IMG/VR virus record: IMGVR_UViG_3300045256_000753
Coordinates: 37,638 to 101,637 of that record
Direction: 5' to 3' (one strand)
Source of the DNA: a virus
Length of the DNA stretch: 64,000 bases
Shown: one piece after another, positions 20,239-29,653 of the stretch
Layout: each line of letters starts with the position of its first letter
How positions within the stretch are numbered: position 1 is the first letter of the stretch
Made by a program: the position numbers and the translations under genes
The notes under the pieces: model-generated
The model's database searches: none
Told to the model about the DNA's origin: nothing
Seen by the model: only the letters and a program-made list of their open reading frames with translations

Positions 20239-21168
20239 TCACTGCCCCCTGAGGATGTTGGTGACTTGTTGGTTGGTTCGTTGCAGGGTTTGGAACGCCT
20301 GGGTGACGTTGCCCTGATTGAAGTGCGCTTGGGCTTCCTGAATCCCCTGGTTGGCGGCGCTCACGGCGTTTGGATTCACCGGTGCACCCTGGTTCGAGGA
20401 GACAGCATTCGTCATGACGGCGTTGACGCGCTGATTGAACGCGTCCTGTTGGACGGAGTTGAGCTGCCCGATCGCCGTTTCGGTGGTCCCCTGAATGCCG
20501 TTTGCGCTTTGCAGAGCGTTTTGGGATTGGAATGGCGGCGCCGTCCCGGTCTTGTACATGCCGCGCGCAGCCGGATTCGAAATGAGGTTCGGGAGCTTCA
20601 TGATCTCCTCCTGAACCTTGAACGACCACGAGATGCGGAAAGCGAAAGGCTGGTCGTCCGTCTCTTCGACCGAGAACGTACGGAAGTAGCCGATGTACGT
20701 CCCCCGGTCGTACATCATCATGATGTTCCCCTGGAGAACGATGTTGCCGTAGGGGTCGTGAAGCGATCCGTTGTTTCGGTAGAGGTCCAAAAGATCTCGA
20801 TAGCGATCCCACGCGATCGTGCGCTGACGTAGTAGCGACGTGAGTCCCGTGTAGATGTTCATGAAGGCGCCGGTCGAGCCTTCCGCCGTGACCTCGGTGA
20901 GGTCGTCTCCCCAGTGCTGCTCGACGAAACCCCCTCGGGTCTGGATCCTCTCGATCTTCTTGGCGTGCTGCTCGTTGTAGTTCGAGGGGTTCACGTGCAT
21001 CACGAGAGCGTGGGGGAGAAGGACTCGCCGCGTGTTGAATGGACTCGTGACCTGGAAGGCCAGAGGGATGAAGCTCTTCCTGCTAGCCAGACCATGTGTG
21101 TAAGTCGGCTTTTCCGAGGGGACTTCGACGATCGGGAAGTCCGGGTTGGCGGAGTTGATGCGCGGCAT
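20239..21168 (-). CDS. Tail tube initiator/baseplate-tube junction protein
   Basis: MHVNPSN...IQTRGGFVEQHWGDDLTEVTAEGSTG...YIGYFRTFSVEE...FSFKV-like pattern; directly after the tape measure gene. Confidence 0.7.
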   Translation of the reverse strand: MPRINSANPDFPIVEVPSEKPTYTHGLASRKSFIPLAFQVTSPFNTRRVLLPHALVMHVNPSNYNEQHAKKIERIQTRGGFVEQHWGDDLTEVTAEGSTGAFMNIYTGLTSLLRQRTIAWDRYRDLLDLYRNNGSLHDPYGNIVLQGNIMMMYDRGTYIGYFRTFSVEETDDQPFAFRISWSFKVQEEIMKLPNLISNPAARGMYKTGTAPPFQSQNALQSANGIQGTTETAIGQLNSVQQDAFNQRVNAVMTNAVSSNQGAPVNPNAVSAANQGIQEAQAHFNQGNVTQAFQTLQRTNQQVTNILRGQ

Positions 21169-21175
21169 TGGTCAC

Positions 21176-24100
21176 TCAGCGCAACGGCCTCCGTCGATCG
21201 TGATCGTTGATGGTGTCCATCGCCTGGGCACGGATGATCTGCTTGAGCATGTCGCCCTTGAGTTCGAGAACGACCTTGACCGGTCCGCCTCCCGCTCCGC
21301 CCGCAGGGACGATGTGCTCACCCGGTGCAACGGAAGCGATGACTTCGCCCGGCGCCGGTTGGAGAACCGTGCCACCTTGCGCGTTACCGCGAAGAACCTG
21401 GACGGCATCGAGAATGGCTTGGTCACCAGCGGCTCCGCTCTTTTGCATGGCCGCGACGACGTTCTCTCCGAAGTTGCGTCCGGTCATCCCGGCCTGAAGG
21501 CTCTTGAGGGCGATCGAGCGATTCGTTTGGCTGTAGAGCCAATACTCGAAGAGGGCGCGAGCCGATCCGTAATAGACCGACTCCTCCATCTGCGTGCCGA
21601 ACTGGTTCTTGAGGAAGGCCGTGTTGAGGACAACACCGCTGGCGGACGTTTTCAGATCCTTGGCGAGGCTGTCGCTGGCGGCCTGCGTGGACTCGACCTG
21701 ATTGTCCATGACCTTCTTGTCGTAAGTCGGGTCTCCGCGCTGGAAGGACAGCGCCTTGCGCGGTGCGGCTCCGCCTGTATCGGGGGAGCCGGCCGTTCGC
21801 TGTTGCGCTTTTGCTTGCTCGCCCCCGCCGCCTTGTTGCGTGGCCGAAGAAACAAGGCCCTCATTCTTCTTCAAACGGCTGTAGAAGATCGCCTGCTCGG
21901 CCGGGTCGAAGCCCTCGACTGCCGACTTCATGGCGAACATCTGCTTGTTGAATTCGGCGCCCGATTCGGAAAGAGCCTTGGAAAAGTCCTTGCCCTGTGC
22001 CAGAGCGTCCGTGACTTTCTGTTGCTGCTCGGCGCTCATACCCGCAGCACCCATGGCTTTGCGCGCCTTGTCGATTTGATGTACGTCGAAGCGCATCGAC
22101 GTGTTGATGCTCTCCACAATGGCGTTCATCGCATCGTGCAGCGGGCCCGCCATCTTCTCGGTAGGATCGGCCTCGACCCACTGCTTCATGATCTTGGGCA
22201 CGTCCGTGTAGACCGGAGACTTGAGCATTTCCGCTCGGAACTTGGCCGCGTCGCCTCCCGACTTTTCGAGTGCGTCCATCAGATCCTTGTCCTTCGACAG
22301 ACGAATCTGCTTTCGCTGCGACGTAGACAGCGAGTTCGTGTCCAGCGGATTCTTGATGATGGTTTCGATGCCCTCGACGGCATCGATGAGCACGTTGTAG
22401 ATCTGGTTCATCACGAAGTCCACGAGGACTCCGATCTTGTCCATGATCGTCTGGGTGAACTCGCCGACGCGCTTGTTGAGTTCCTCGGTCTTGGCCGCCT
22501 TGGTCAACTCGTCCTGCTGGGTCTTGCTCATGTTCTCCCAGACTTTGCGGGCGTCGATCTTTTCGAGGGCCTCGGCTTGGTCTTTGCCATTGGCCTTCAT
22601 GTCGATGCCGAGCTTCTCCAGGAGGCGCGTTTCATCCTCGGTGAGCTGGGTTCCGGCTTCGAGCTTCCCGACGAGCGTCTCCTTTGTGAGATCGAGGGAT
22701 GCCTTGAACTTCGTGAGCTGATCGAGTTGCTCGTCGTTGACCCCTGTGATTTGCTCGAACGCCACACGCTCGACATCGGAGAGATCTTCGACGGGCTTCT
22801 TGAAGAAGTTCTTCGCGATGTCGTCGAGGTGGTCCATGGCCGCCATCGGGCTCGCGTCTTTGAGAGCGCTCGCGACGTCCACGAGGCCACCCTTCGTGAG
22901 CTTGCTCGACATGCGCGAAGCATCGAGGAGGGCTTCACGGGTTGCCCCGTCGAGCTTGTCACGGGTTGCCCCGTCGAGCTTGTCCCCTTGCTTCGCCATC
23001 CACTTCATGAGGTCCTTCGGCTTCTTGATGACCTTCTTCAACTCCTCGCCCGTTCCCTTGCCGAGCTTGGTGTCAATGTCTTCCGCGAGACCGTCGATCT
23101 TCGTATTGAGATCGCGCTGAAGAAGATCGGTCGTCTTGCCTTTGCCGCCGAGGAGCGTGCTCTTCGTCCGATCCATCAACCCCATGCCCTTGAACATGTG
23201 GGTGATGGTTTGCATGAACTGCGCAGCGTTGCGCGGGCTCATGACCTTGCCGATCTGGCCAAGGAGTTTGGCCGCGTCGGCCATTCGCAGATTGAAGAGC
23301 GACATGTCCGACGAGATGCCACGGATGATGGCGAAGAACTTGTTGCTGGCGATGCCCGACTCACGCGCGCCGTCGAGGAGTCGCTGGAACGACCCTTTCA
23401 CCATGTCGAAGTTCATGCCCATCTCGGTCATCATTTCGCCTTGGAACTGACCGATTTCGCCTAGGCTCACGCCGAAGGCTCGCGAGAATGCGACGGACAT
23501 CTGGACCATCGAGCCCCAGTCCTTCACGTATCCGGTTGCCGTTGCGGCGCCGTTCTTCACGTCTTCGAAGTAGGTCGCCATCTTGTCGATCGCGACGCCC
23601 TCTGCCGTGAGAGAGGAGATGACCGCCGTGTGGGTCTCTTTGCTGATGCCCCATCGGAGGTTGTCAAGAGAGGTTGCCGCGTCGTACATGTCGCGGAGCG
23701 TGGATTCGAGATCCGAAGCGGCACCAACGGCCGAATCGAAATTGCGGGCCATGAAGCCCGCAGAGCCGGCCGTCGCCAAGACTTCCTTGTTGAAGTCCTT
23801 CGCCGCTGCATCTGCATCGATGAGGATCTTGACGATGCCAACGAGCACGGAGCTGAGCGTCGTGACAATCGGGCCGAGCTTCGATGCAAAGTTGAGGATG
23901 GGTCCGATTTTTCCAAGGATGCCGCCGATCGCACCAAGGGCCTTGCCGCCCGCGCCTCCGGACTCCATGCCCTTGGCCTGCATGCGAAGGCCCGCACCTT
24001 CGAGGTATTTGCCTGCGGCGCCCATGCCTTTGACGACGCTGCTCGCGAATCCGAAGACGTCGCGTCCCGAGACGGAACTGAGGGCATCGACGAAGGACTC

Positions 24101-24604
24101 CGCGAGATCCTCGCCTGCCTGACGACCGCCGTAGCCAACGGTCTCGGCGATCTTGGAGAACTTGCGTTCCTCCTCTTCCTGGCGGAGCTTCATGGCCGCG
24201 ACCTTGGCCATCTGGAGAGTCTTCACGTAGTCCTTCGCACCACGGATGCCGACCTTGTAGCGCTCTTGGACGACTTCGATTTCCTTCTCGATCTCGCGAC
24301 GCTCCTTGCCGTACGATCGGACAAGGCGCTCTTCGAGGTCCACGAGTTCCTCGGCGTGGGCCAAGGAGTCTCGCATCATGCGATCTTGGGCGTCGTTCTG
24401 GCGGGTCGCGTCACGGCGCCACTTCTTGAGGCCATCCCCAAGTTTCTTGGTGGCGTCGGTCAGCTTCTTCGTCGCCTTCGACATGATGCCGAAGCGCTTC
24501 GAGAAGGCCTTCTCGCTGGCAGCAACGTCGCGCTCGAACTTCCGCCGATCGAGTCTCGGCTCGAATTCAAGACCAACGCGCTCCTTCGAATCCGTCGCCA
24601 TCAC
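21176..24604 (-). CDS. Tape measure protein (1142 aa)
   Basis: Long Ala/Lys/Gly helical protein after tube and chaperones; C-terminal AQGG...PGEHIVP motif. Confidence 0.85.
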   Translation of the reverse strand: MMATDSKERVGLEFEPRLDRRKFERDVAASEKAFSKRFGIMSKATKKLTDATKKLGDGLKKWRRDATRQNDAQDRMMRDSLAHAEELVDLEERLVRSYGKERREIEKEIEVVQERYKVGIRGAKDYVKTLQMAKVAAMKLRQEEEERKFSKIAETVGYGGRQAGEDLAESFVDALSSVSGRDVFGFASSVVKGMGAAGKYLEGAGLRMQAKGMESGGAGGKALGAIGGILGKIGPILNFASKLGPIVTTLSSVLVGIVKILIDADAAAKDFNKEVLATAGSAGFMARNFDSAVGAASDLESTLRDMYDAATSLDNLRWGISKETHTAVISSLTAEGVAIDKMATYFEDVKNGAATATGYVKDWGSMVQMSVAFSRAFGVSLGEIGQFQGEMMTEMGMNFDMVKGSFQRLLDGARESGIASNKFFAIIRGISSDMSLFNLRMADAAKLLGQIGKVMSPRNAAQFMQTITHMFKGMGLMDRTKSTLLGGKGKTTDLLQRDLNTKIDGLAEDIDTKLGKGTGEELKKVIKKPKDLMKWMAKQGDKLDGATRDKLDGATREALLDASRMSSKLTKGGLVDVASALKDASPMAAMDHLDDIAKNFFKKPVEDLSDVERVAFEQITGVNDEQLDQLTKFKASLDLTKETLVGKLEAGTQLTEDETRLLEKLGIDMKANGKDQAEALEKIDARKVWENMSKTQQDELTKAAKTEELNKRVGEFTQTIMDKIGVLVDFVMNQIYNVLIDAVEGIETIIKNPLDTNSLSTSQRKQIRLSKDKDLMDALEKSGGDAAKFRAEMLKSPVYTDVPKIMKQWVEADPTEKMAGPLHDAMNAIVESINTSMRFDVHQIDKARKAMGAAGMSAEQQQKVTDALAQGKDFSKALSESGAEFNKQMFAMKSAVEGFDPAEQAIFYSRLKKNEGLVSSATQQGGGGEQAKAQQRTAGSPDTGGAAPRKALSFQRGDPTYDKKVMDNQVESTQAASDSLAKDLKTSASGVVLNTAFLKNQFGTQMEESVYYGSARALFEYWLYSQTNRSIALKSLQAGMTGRNFGENVVAAMQKSGAAGDQAILDAVQVLRGNAQGGTVLQPAPGEVIASVAPGEHIVPAGGAGGGPVKVVLELKGDMLKQIIRAQAMDTINDHDRRRPLR
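22935..22984. repeat. Perfect 24-bp tandem duplication inside the tape measure gene
   Basis: TCACGGGTTGCCCCGTCGAGCTTG occurs twice, encoding DKLDGATR-DKLDGATR. Confidence 0.95.
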
Positions 24605-25872
24605 TTCCTCCCGAAGGGCGTGCCGCCCTGTTTACGCGGGACGATAGGAACAGCAGTGGAGGGATCCCTGTCCGTCTCCTCGACCTTGAAGTCCACCTCG
24701 GAGCCCGTCATCCCCCATTTATCGAGGAATTCACTGGTCTTGGGGTCGGACAGTTCGGGATAGACCATCGCACGGGCGGCCGTCTGGGCCTCGATCTGCT
24801 TGCGACGCCGGATCGCCTCCTCAACCTCAGCCGGAGTGAGCCCACGGAAGTCCGTGCCGCCGATGAGCTTCTTGTCGCCGAACTCCTCTTCGTGCGACTT
24901 GACGATTTCCTTGATTTGGTTCTGCCGGGCCTGGAAGTTCTCTCGGACCCGTTTCTCGTGCTCCTCGATCACCTGGTCGTGCCAGTCCTTGTCGCCTTTG
25001 AGGTCCTTTTCGAGCTGGCTCGCGAGTTCCTCTGCCGTACGCGCGCTGGTGACGACTGCCCCTTGGATCTGGAAGACGTTCTCCTGCGGCTTCTCCCCCA
25101 TAAGGACCTGCCGGAGCACCTTGTCCTTGCGGGTGAACCGCTCCTCTTTCTCCTTGCGGCGTCGCTCGGTATCTTGGTGGTAGACCTTCTGAAGGCTCTT
25201 GCCGGCAAAGCATGAGCCGACGAACTTGGCGTTCTCCCAGTTGCGCTCGATTTCCTCATTCCGATCCTCGAAGTGATTGAGAGCGCGCCACGCGAGCTGC
25301 GCCCAGTTCAACCCCAAACGCTCCGAACCCGGAAAGCCCGTGACCGTTGGACTGGAGAGGTCCAGCCCCCGAAGCTGCGCCCACCGATAGCGCGAGTACG
25401 TCTCGGTGAAGTAGCACTCGGTGAGGATGACGGCGTTGCTCGCCCGACGATTGATCTCACTCAGATACCGAATGACACGCTGCTTGGGCTTGTTGTCCAT
25501 CTCGGCGAACATCTTGGTGATCTGAGGAAGCCACCGGTCCCGATCGGGCAGTACGTTTTGCCCGTCGATCATCGCGACGCCGTAAGCGAGAAACGCGTCC
25601 CAGAACTTGTATGTGATGTTCTTCTCAAAGGCGCCGCTCAGACGAAGAAGCTCGAACTCGTGCTGGTTCAAGCTCTTGAAGACGAACACCACTTCGTTGA
25701 TCTCTGCTGGTAGGGTGATGAACCCCCGGAACAGCATCGGTTCAACGTCGCGATAGACCTCGGGCTTGACCTCCGGTTCTTTGGGGGCCTCGATGTGAAT
25801 ATCAGGATCGCCTTCCACCCTGCGGCGAAGTGCTTCCTGTTCCTTCTCGTAGGACACAGCGGGCTCACCCAT
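24601..25872 (-). CDS. Tail assembly chaperone-like protein 2 (423 aa)
   Basis: Immediately before the tape measure gene; FVFKSLNQHE motif; charged helical C-terminus. Confidence 0.6.
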   Translation of the reverse strand: MGEPAVSYEKEQEALRRRVEGDPDIHIEAPKEPEVKPEVYRDVEPMLFRGFITLPAEINEVVFVFKSLNQHEFELLRLSGAFEKNITYKFWDAFLAYGVAMIDGQNVLPDRDRWLPQITKMFAEMDNKPKQRVIRYLSEINRRASNAVILTECYFTETYSRYRWAQLRGLDLSSPTVTGFPGSERLGLNWAQLAWRALNHFEDRNEEIERNWENAKFVGSCFAGKSLQKVYHQDTERRRKEKEERFTRKDKVLRQVLMGEKPQENVFQIQGAVVTSARTAEELASQLEKDLKGDKDWHDQVIEEHEKRVRENFQARQNQIKEIVKSHEEEFGDKKLIGGTDFRGLTPAEVEEAIRRRKQIEAQTAARAMVYPELSDPKTSEFLDKWGMTGSEVDFKVEETDRDPSTAVPIVPRKQGGTPFGRK

Positions 25873-25878
25873 CGTTCA

Positions 25879-27015
25879 TCACGGCATCTTCTGCGGCGGA
25901 CGGAACCTGGGGTTGATCCCAGCGCTCGGTGGCTTCTCGACGATCGCCGAGAACTGCTTGACGTCCACTTGTTCTTTGCCCTTGACGCCAATCGTCGCGA
26001 CCTCCTCCGGTACCGGGGGCGGTTTGACGGCGGGATCTCCGGGGAGCGGAAGCGGGACCTCCATGCCCAACGCGCCTTGCTCCATTTCGGCGATGTCTCG
26101 AACGCGCTTGGCTACACGCGGATCCGAGGCGATTTGGTGCGCCGGCGGAATGACGGGCGGGGGCCCAGCAGGCTGGATGTTCGGCGGCACAGTCGGTGTC
26201 GGAACCGGAACGCTGACGGCCTGCCGATTGAGCGGGGTCCGGCGCGCCATGGCTTCTTCGGCTGCCGTGGGACGAGCCTGAGCGGACGGCGGCGCTTGGG
26301 GAGGTGGAGCTGCCGGCGCCGTTGGCGGTGCCGCAGGAGCAGCGGGCGGCGTTCCCCCACCTTCACCCTGGTAGCGCGGATCCTGCTCGCGTGCGAGTTG
26401 GTCGGCCTTCTCCATCGCCCGCTTGAGTTCTTCGGCGGTCGAAAGGCGCATGAGGCCCGCGTCTTCGAGGACGCGTTCGACGATCGGATCCGGAACATCG
26501 ACGAGTGCTTCACGCAGATCATCAACGACTCGACGAAGACGTTCTTCCGGCGTCTCCTCGGGAAGGATGAATTTCACTCCGTCCTTGGCCTTGTCCTCGG
26601 ACAGCTTGAGGAGGTCTCCGAATTTTCGCCACGCCGTGTGAAGCGTTTCTTTGCCCCACGAGTCCACGATTTCGCGACGAATGAAAGCGTGGCGTTCGAG
26701 TTTGACCGGCTTCGTCCGGGTCTCGCCGGTCTTGGAATCCACGAACTCTTCTTCGACCTCGATGAAGTCGGCGTCACGAAGATCCACACCGTTGATCTCG
26801 ACGATCGACCGGCTAAGGTGGGCCTTCTGGAAACCGAAGAGGTGCTCGATCTCTTCCAGATCTTTGCACTCTTGGAAGATGTCGTTGTATTCGTCGGGGC
26901 GAAGATTGCGCAACACGAGCGCGCAATCCCCCAACGTAAGAGGCTCTTCTACGAGGCCAATGTCCTTGGCCTTCGTGAGAGCCTCTGTGATCTTTTTCGC
27001 TGATACGATTCCCAT
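25879..27015 (-). CDS. Tail assembly chaperone-like protein 1 with Pro-rich tail
   Basis: After the tube gene; LVLRNLRPDE...LSRSIVEING motif; GGAGG RBS ahead of ATG 27015. Confidence 0.65.
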   Translation of the reverse strand: MGIVSAKKITEALTKAKDIGLVEEPLTLGDCALVLRNLRPDEYNDIFQECKDLEEIEHLFGFQKAHLSRSIVEINGVDLRDADFIEVEEEFVDSKTGETRTKPVKLERHAFIRREIVDSWGKETLHTAWRKFGDLLKLSEDKAKDGVKFILPEETPEERLRRVVDDLREALVDVPDPIVERVLEDAGLMRLSTAEELKRAMEKADQLAREQDPRYQGEGGGTPPAAPAAPPTAPAAPPPQAPPSAQARPTAAEEAMARRTPLNRQAVSVPVPTPTVPPNIQPAGPPPVIPPAHQIASDPRVAKRVRDIAEMEQGALGMEVPLPLPGDPAVKPPPVPEEVATIGVKGKEQVDVKQFSAIVEKPPSAGINPRFRPPQKMP

Positions 27016-27071
27016 CCTGTCCTCCACATTTCTTGGGGGCCAAGGATGGCGACGAGCTTACGAAACGGAAT

Positions 27072-27153
27072 CGATGTACATCTGGGTTTGGATTTGCACG
27101 ATGGAAACTACCGCGATCCACATGCTGTCTTGTCTGATTCGATTCACATCTGA
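27072..27153 (-). promoter_or_regulatory. Conserved box-hairpin-box leader element, copy 1
   Basis: Shares GAATCGAATCAGAC and CCAAACCCAGA (minus strand) with 47002-47081; a bulged hairpin lies between the boxes. Confidence 0.7.
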
Positions 27154-27215
27154 GCCGTCGCCACTCATGGCGATGTGGCAGATAACGGTCTGCCAGCCGC
27201 CTAACTCGTTCCGGA

Positions 27216-27929
27216 TCAGACCGGGACGATGAGGTTCGAGTTCGCAGCGAAGCGGAGCGAGTAGCCCTTGCCCGGGCCACCGCTCGCCGACGTGGGCGCG
27301 AGACCCGTGTCGATGAACTCGCCGTACTGCGAGATGCCGTCGATGATGTCGGTGACGGTGACGGAGGAGTTCTCCGCGACCATCGCCGCATCCGACGTGA
27401 ACGAGGCGCTGTACGAGTTGAGCCAGCAACCCTCGAAGAACGTGAGCAGAGCGCGCGGCGTCACGATCGGGTTGTCGGCCGACGTCGGACCGTTGGTCAC
27501 CGTCGCCTGAATCGAGGTGCCGTTCGGATCTTGCAGGACCGCGATCTCCGAGAAGACGAGTTCTTGCTTGATGTCGAATGGCCAGCGGTGGTGACGGAGC
27601 GAACGAGCGAGGCCGTCGATGCCGCCCTTGTAGCCGAGGACCTGGAACAGGTTCGCGGTGTAGAGCAGCGTCTTGTTGAGGGTGAGCGTCATCGGCTCGG
27701 TGACGGACGGAACGAGTTCCGCGATCTGGTCACCGAAACCCACCCCGCGCACCGGGTCGATCGTACGCGACTCGTCGAAGCCGAACTCCGAGATGACGCC
27801 GATCTGCTGGAAGGCTTGCGCGTTGGTCGCGTAGCCGTAGACCTTGTTCTTTTGAGAGACCGCCGCCCTCGTGTTGGGGGCAGTCCCCATACGGTAGATG
27901 TAGTTGGCGGTCGAGACGTTGCTCGGCAT
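27216..27929 (-). CDS. Tail tube protein
   Basis: IGVISEF...ESRTIDPVRGVGFGDQIAELVP...PFDIK...FEGCWLNSYS resembles contractile-tail tube proteins; precedes chaperones and tape measure. Confidence 0.8.
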   Translation of the reverse strand: MPSNVSTANYIYRMGTAPNTRAAVSQKNKVYGYATNAQAFQQIGVISEFGFDESRTIDPVRGVGFGDQIAELVPSVTEPMTLTLNKTLLYTANLFQVLGYKGGIDGLARSLRHHRWPFDIKQELVFSEIAVLQDPNGTSIQATVTNGPTSADNPIVTPRALLTFFEGCWLNSYSASFTSDAAMVAENSSVTVTDIIDGISQYGEFIDTGLAPTSASGGPGKGYSLRFAANSNLIVPV

Positions 27930-27947
27930 GGCTTACCCCTTCTCCCC

Positions 27948-28784
27948 TCAGACCTTTGCGCTCGCGAACATGGCGTGAAGGTGTGACGACTTCTCCCCGA
28001 GCTTCGAGAGCGCGGTCTTGGCTTCCGGCTCCTTGAACTTGGGGTGGCTGACGATGAGGTTCACGTTGCTCGCGATCTTGTGCAGATCGCCCTTCGCGCG
28101 GGCAACGTCGAATTTCTTGCCGGCGAGAACGAGCTGGTCGATCTTCTCCTCGGTCATGGTGACCTGGGCGAGGATCGCGTTCGCCATCTTGGCGTGCTCG
28201 TCCGAAGCCGTCATCGAGCGGGCACTCTGGCCGCTCGGGAGCTTCTCCGGGAGTCCGTAGTAGGACGAATTCTGGCTCTGGTTGCCGTAGACCGAGGGAC
28301 GACGCAGCCAGGCAACGAGATCGTTGAGGCGATCGATGTCGTCCTTCATCGACTGGGCCGAGATCGAGCCCGCACCAGCCTCTTTTGCGTGCTGCTGGAG
28401 GTTGGCGATCTGAGCCTCGATGCGAGCCACCTGGTTCGCAATCGCATCCTTCGTGAACTGTTCCGCGTCAGCCATGGTCCTGCCTTGCCTGTGTGAAGGG
28501 GTTCGATTTGACGGGAGAATAAGTGGAATAGAGCGACCAGACGACCACCTGGCTCGGTGGGGCTTGAGAAGCTCCCACATTCGCTCCAGATCGACCGTCA
28601 ACATCGATTCCCCCTCGGCCAAAAAGGTGTCCAGCGTCTGTTTTGCGGACCTGGACCCCACCGCCAGCTCGGTCACAAACTTGAGGACCGAGACGGACCC
28701 GAGCATGTACTTGACCCCATCGGGGGTCCGTACCCAATCGCTAAGCCCATCCGTACCAACGGTGACGAGCGCCTTTTGGGCCAT
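27948..28784 (-). CDS. Hypothetical protein (278 aa), possible internal start at MADAEQ
   Basis: Clean ORF; helical C-terminal half; GCAGGACC precedes an internal ATG. Confidence 0.65.
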   Translation of the reverse strand: MAQKALVTVGTDGLSDWVRTPDGVKYMLGSVSVLKFVTELAVGSRSAKQTLDTFLAEGESMLTVDLERMWELLKPHRARWSSGRSIPLILPSNRTPSHRQGRTMADAEQFTKDAIANQVARIEAQIANLQQHAKEAGAGSISAQSMKDDIDRLNDLVAWLRRPSVYGNQSQNSSYYGLPEKLPSGQSARSMTASDEHAKMANAILAQVTMTEEKIDQLVLAGKKFDVARAKGDLHKIASNVNLIVSHPKFKEPEAKTALSKLGEKSSHLHAMFASAKV

Positions 28785-28808
28785 CGCCTACGGAGGCACA
28801 CGAAAGGA

Positions 28809-29645
28809 TTACACGCGGACGAGCACCTGGATCAGGTGGCTGCTCAAGATGGTCGTGCCGTCCTCCGGATACAGCCAAAGGCCATTCGTTTTCCAGCCGG
28901 GAAGCTCCCCCATGGCGGTTTCCATCTCGTTCAGGATCTTTGCCGCCATCTCCAAACGGAACGGCACATGGGGCCCCTTCCGCCCGATCAAGACATTTTG
29001 GCGCCCGTCGATGACGGGCCCAAAGAGAGCCCCACGGAGGTAGCCCCTACGGAAGAGGCTCTCCCACCCATCTTCGAACGAGCCCTTCGTCTCGGCAACA
29101 ACGAAGCCCTGACTCCCTGCATCGATCAACCACGGCTCGGGGGGTTCCTGGCCAAGGTGAGGAAGTTGGCCCGTCTCGATATAGTCCTTGATGAAGTCCA
29201 CGCAATTTTCCAACCGAGAATCGATCTCGGATTGGACAAGGCCGTTGGGAAATTGGGTCCGCAGGAATTTGAGGAGGCGTGACAGCTCCGGATCAACGTG
29301 AGCGTGCCCAATGATCCCTCGTCGGTGCACGAGATCGGTCGCGGCAACGAAAGCTGCCGTTGCCGGCATGTCGATGAAGCGCCTGTTGCTCGCCAACACG
29401 ATCGCCACGAGAGTGTCCACGTCCCGAATGCCTTTCGTCGCGAACACCGGCGGCATGGGCCGTCCCTGAATCAGATCGTCGAAGAAGCTTGTGAGGGCGC
29501 CTGGGTCTGCCCAACCGAACTCCTCACCGTGATGCTCGTAGACGTAGAGCGATGAGTCGCCCGTTTGTGCCCTTGAGGCACCCGTCTCGAAAGAGATCGC
29601 GTTCGGAACCACCCCGGATAGAGAATCATCGAGGATGATCTGCAT
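28809..29645 (-). CDS. DHH-phosphoesterase-like protein (divergent)
   Basis: YEHHG and IRDVDTLVA motifs, plus a C-terminal LNEME...GW pattern seen in DHH-like proteins. Confidence 0.45.
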   Translation of the reverse strand: MQIILDDSLSGVVPNAISFETGASRAQTGDSSLYVYEHHGEEFGWADPGALTSFFDDLIQGRPMPPVFATKGIRDVDTLVAIVLASNRRFIDMPATAAFVAATDLVHRRGIIGHAHVDPELSRLLKFLRTQFPNGLVQSEIDSRLENCVDFIKDYIETGQLPHLGQEPPEPWLIDAGSQGFVVAETKGSFEDGWESLFRRGYLRGALFGPVIDGRQNVLIGRKGPHVPFRLEMAAKILNEMETAMGELPGWKTNGLWLYPEDGTTILSSHLIQVLVRV

Positions 29646-29653
29646 GAGGGTGC

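Noticed and set aside
25870-25881. The two chaperone genes are in frame (TGA TGA ACG ATG), suggesting read-through in place of the usual G/GT frameshift
   Set aside because: Two consecutive stops make read-through unlikely, no slippery heptamer was noticed, and the second gene has its own ATG and chaperone-like N-terminus.
27058-27215. Short leader peptides (…VQIQTQMYIDSVS and …QIQIRIESD…QTQTQIG) in the two conserved leaders
   Set aside because: The two conserved boxes fall in different relative frames in the two copies, so conservation looks nucleotide-level; not fully excluded without ribosome profiling.
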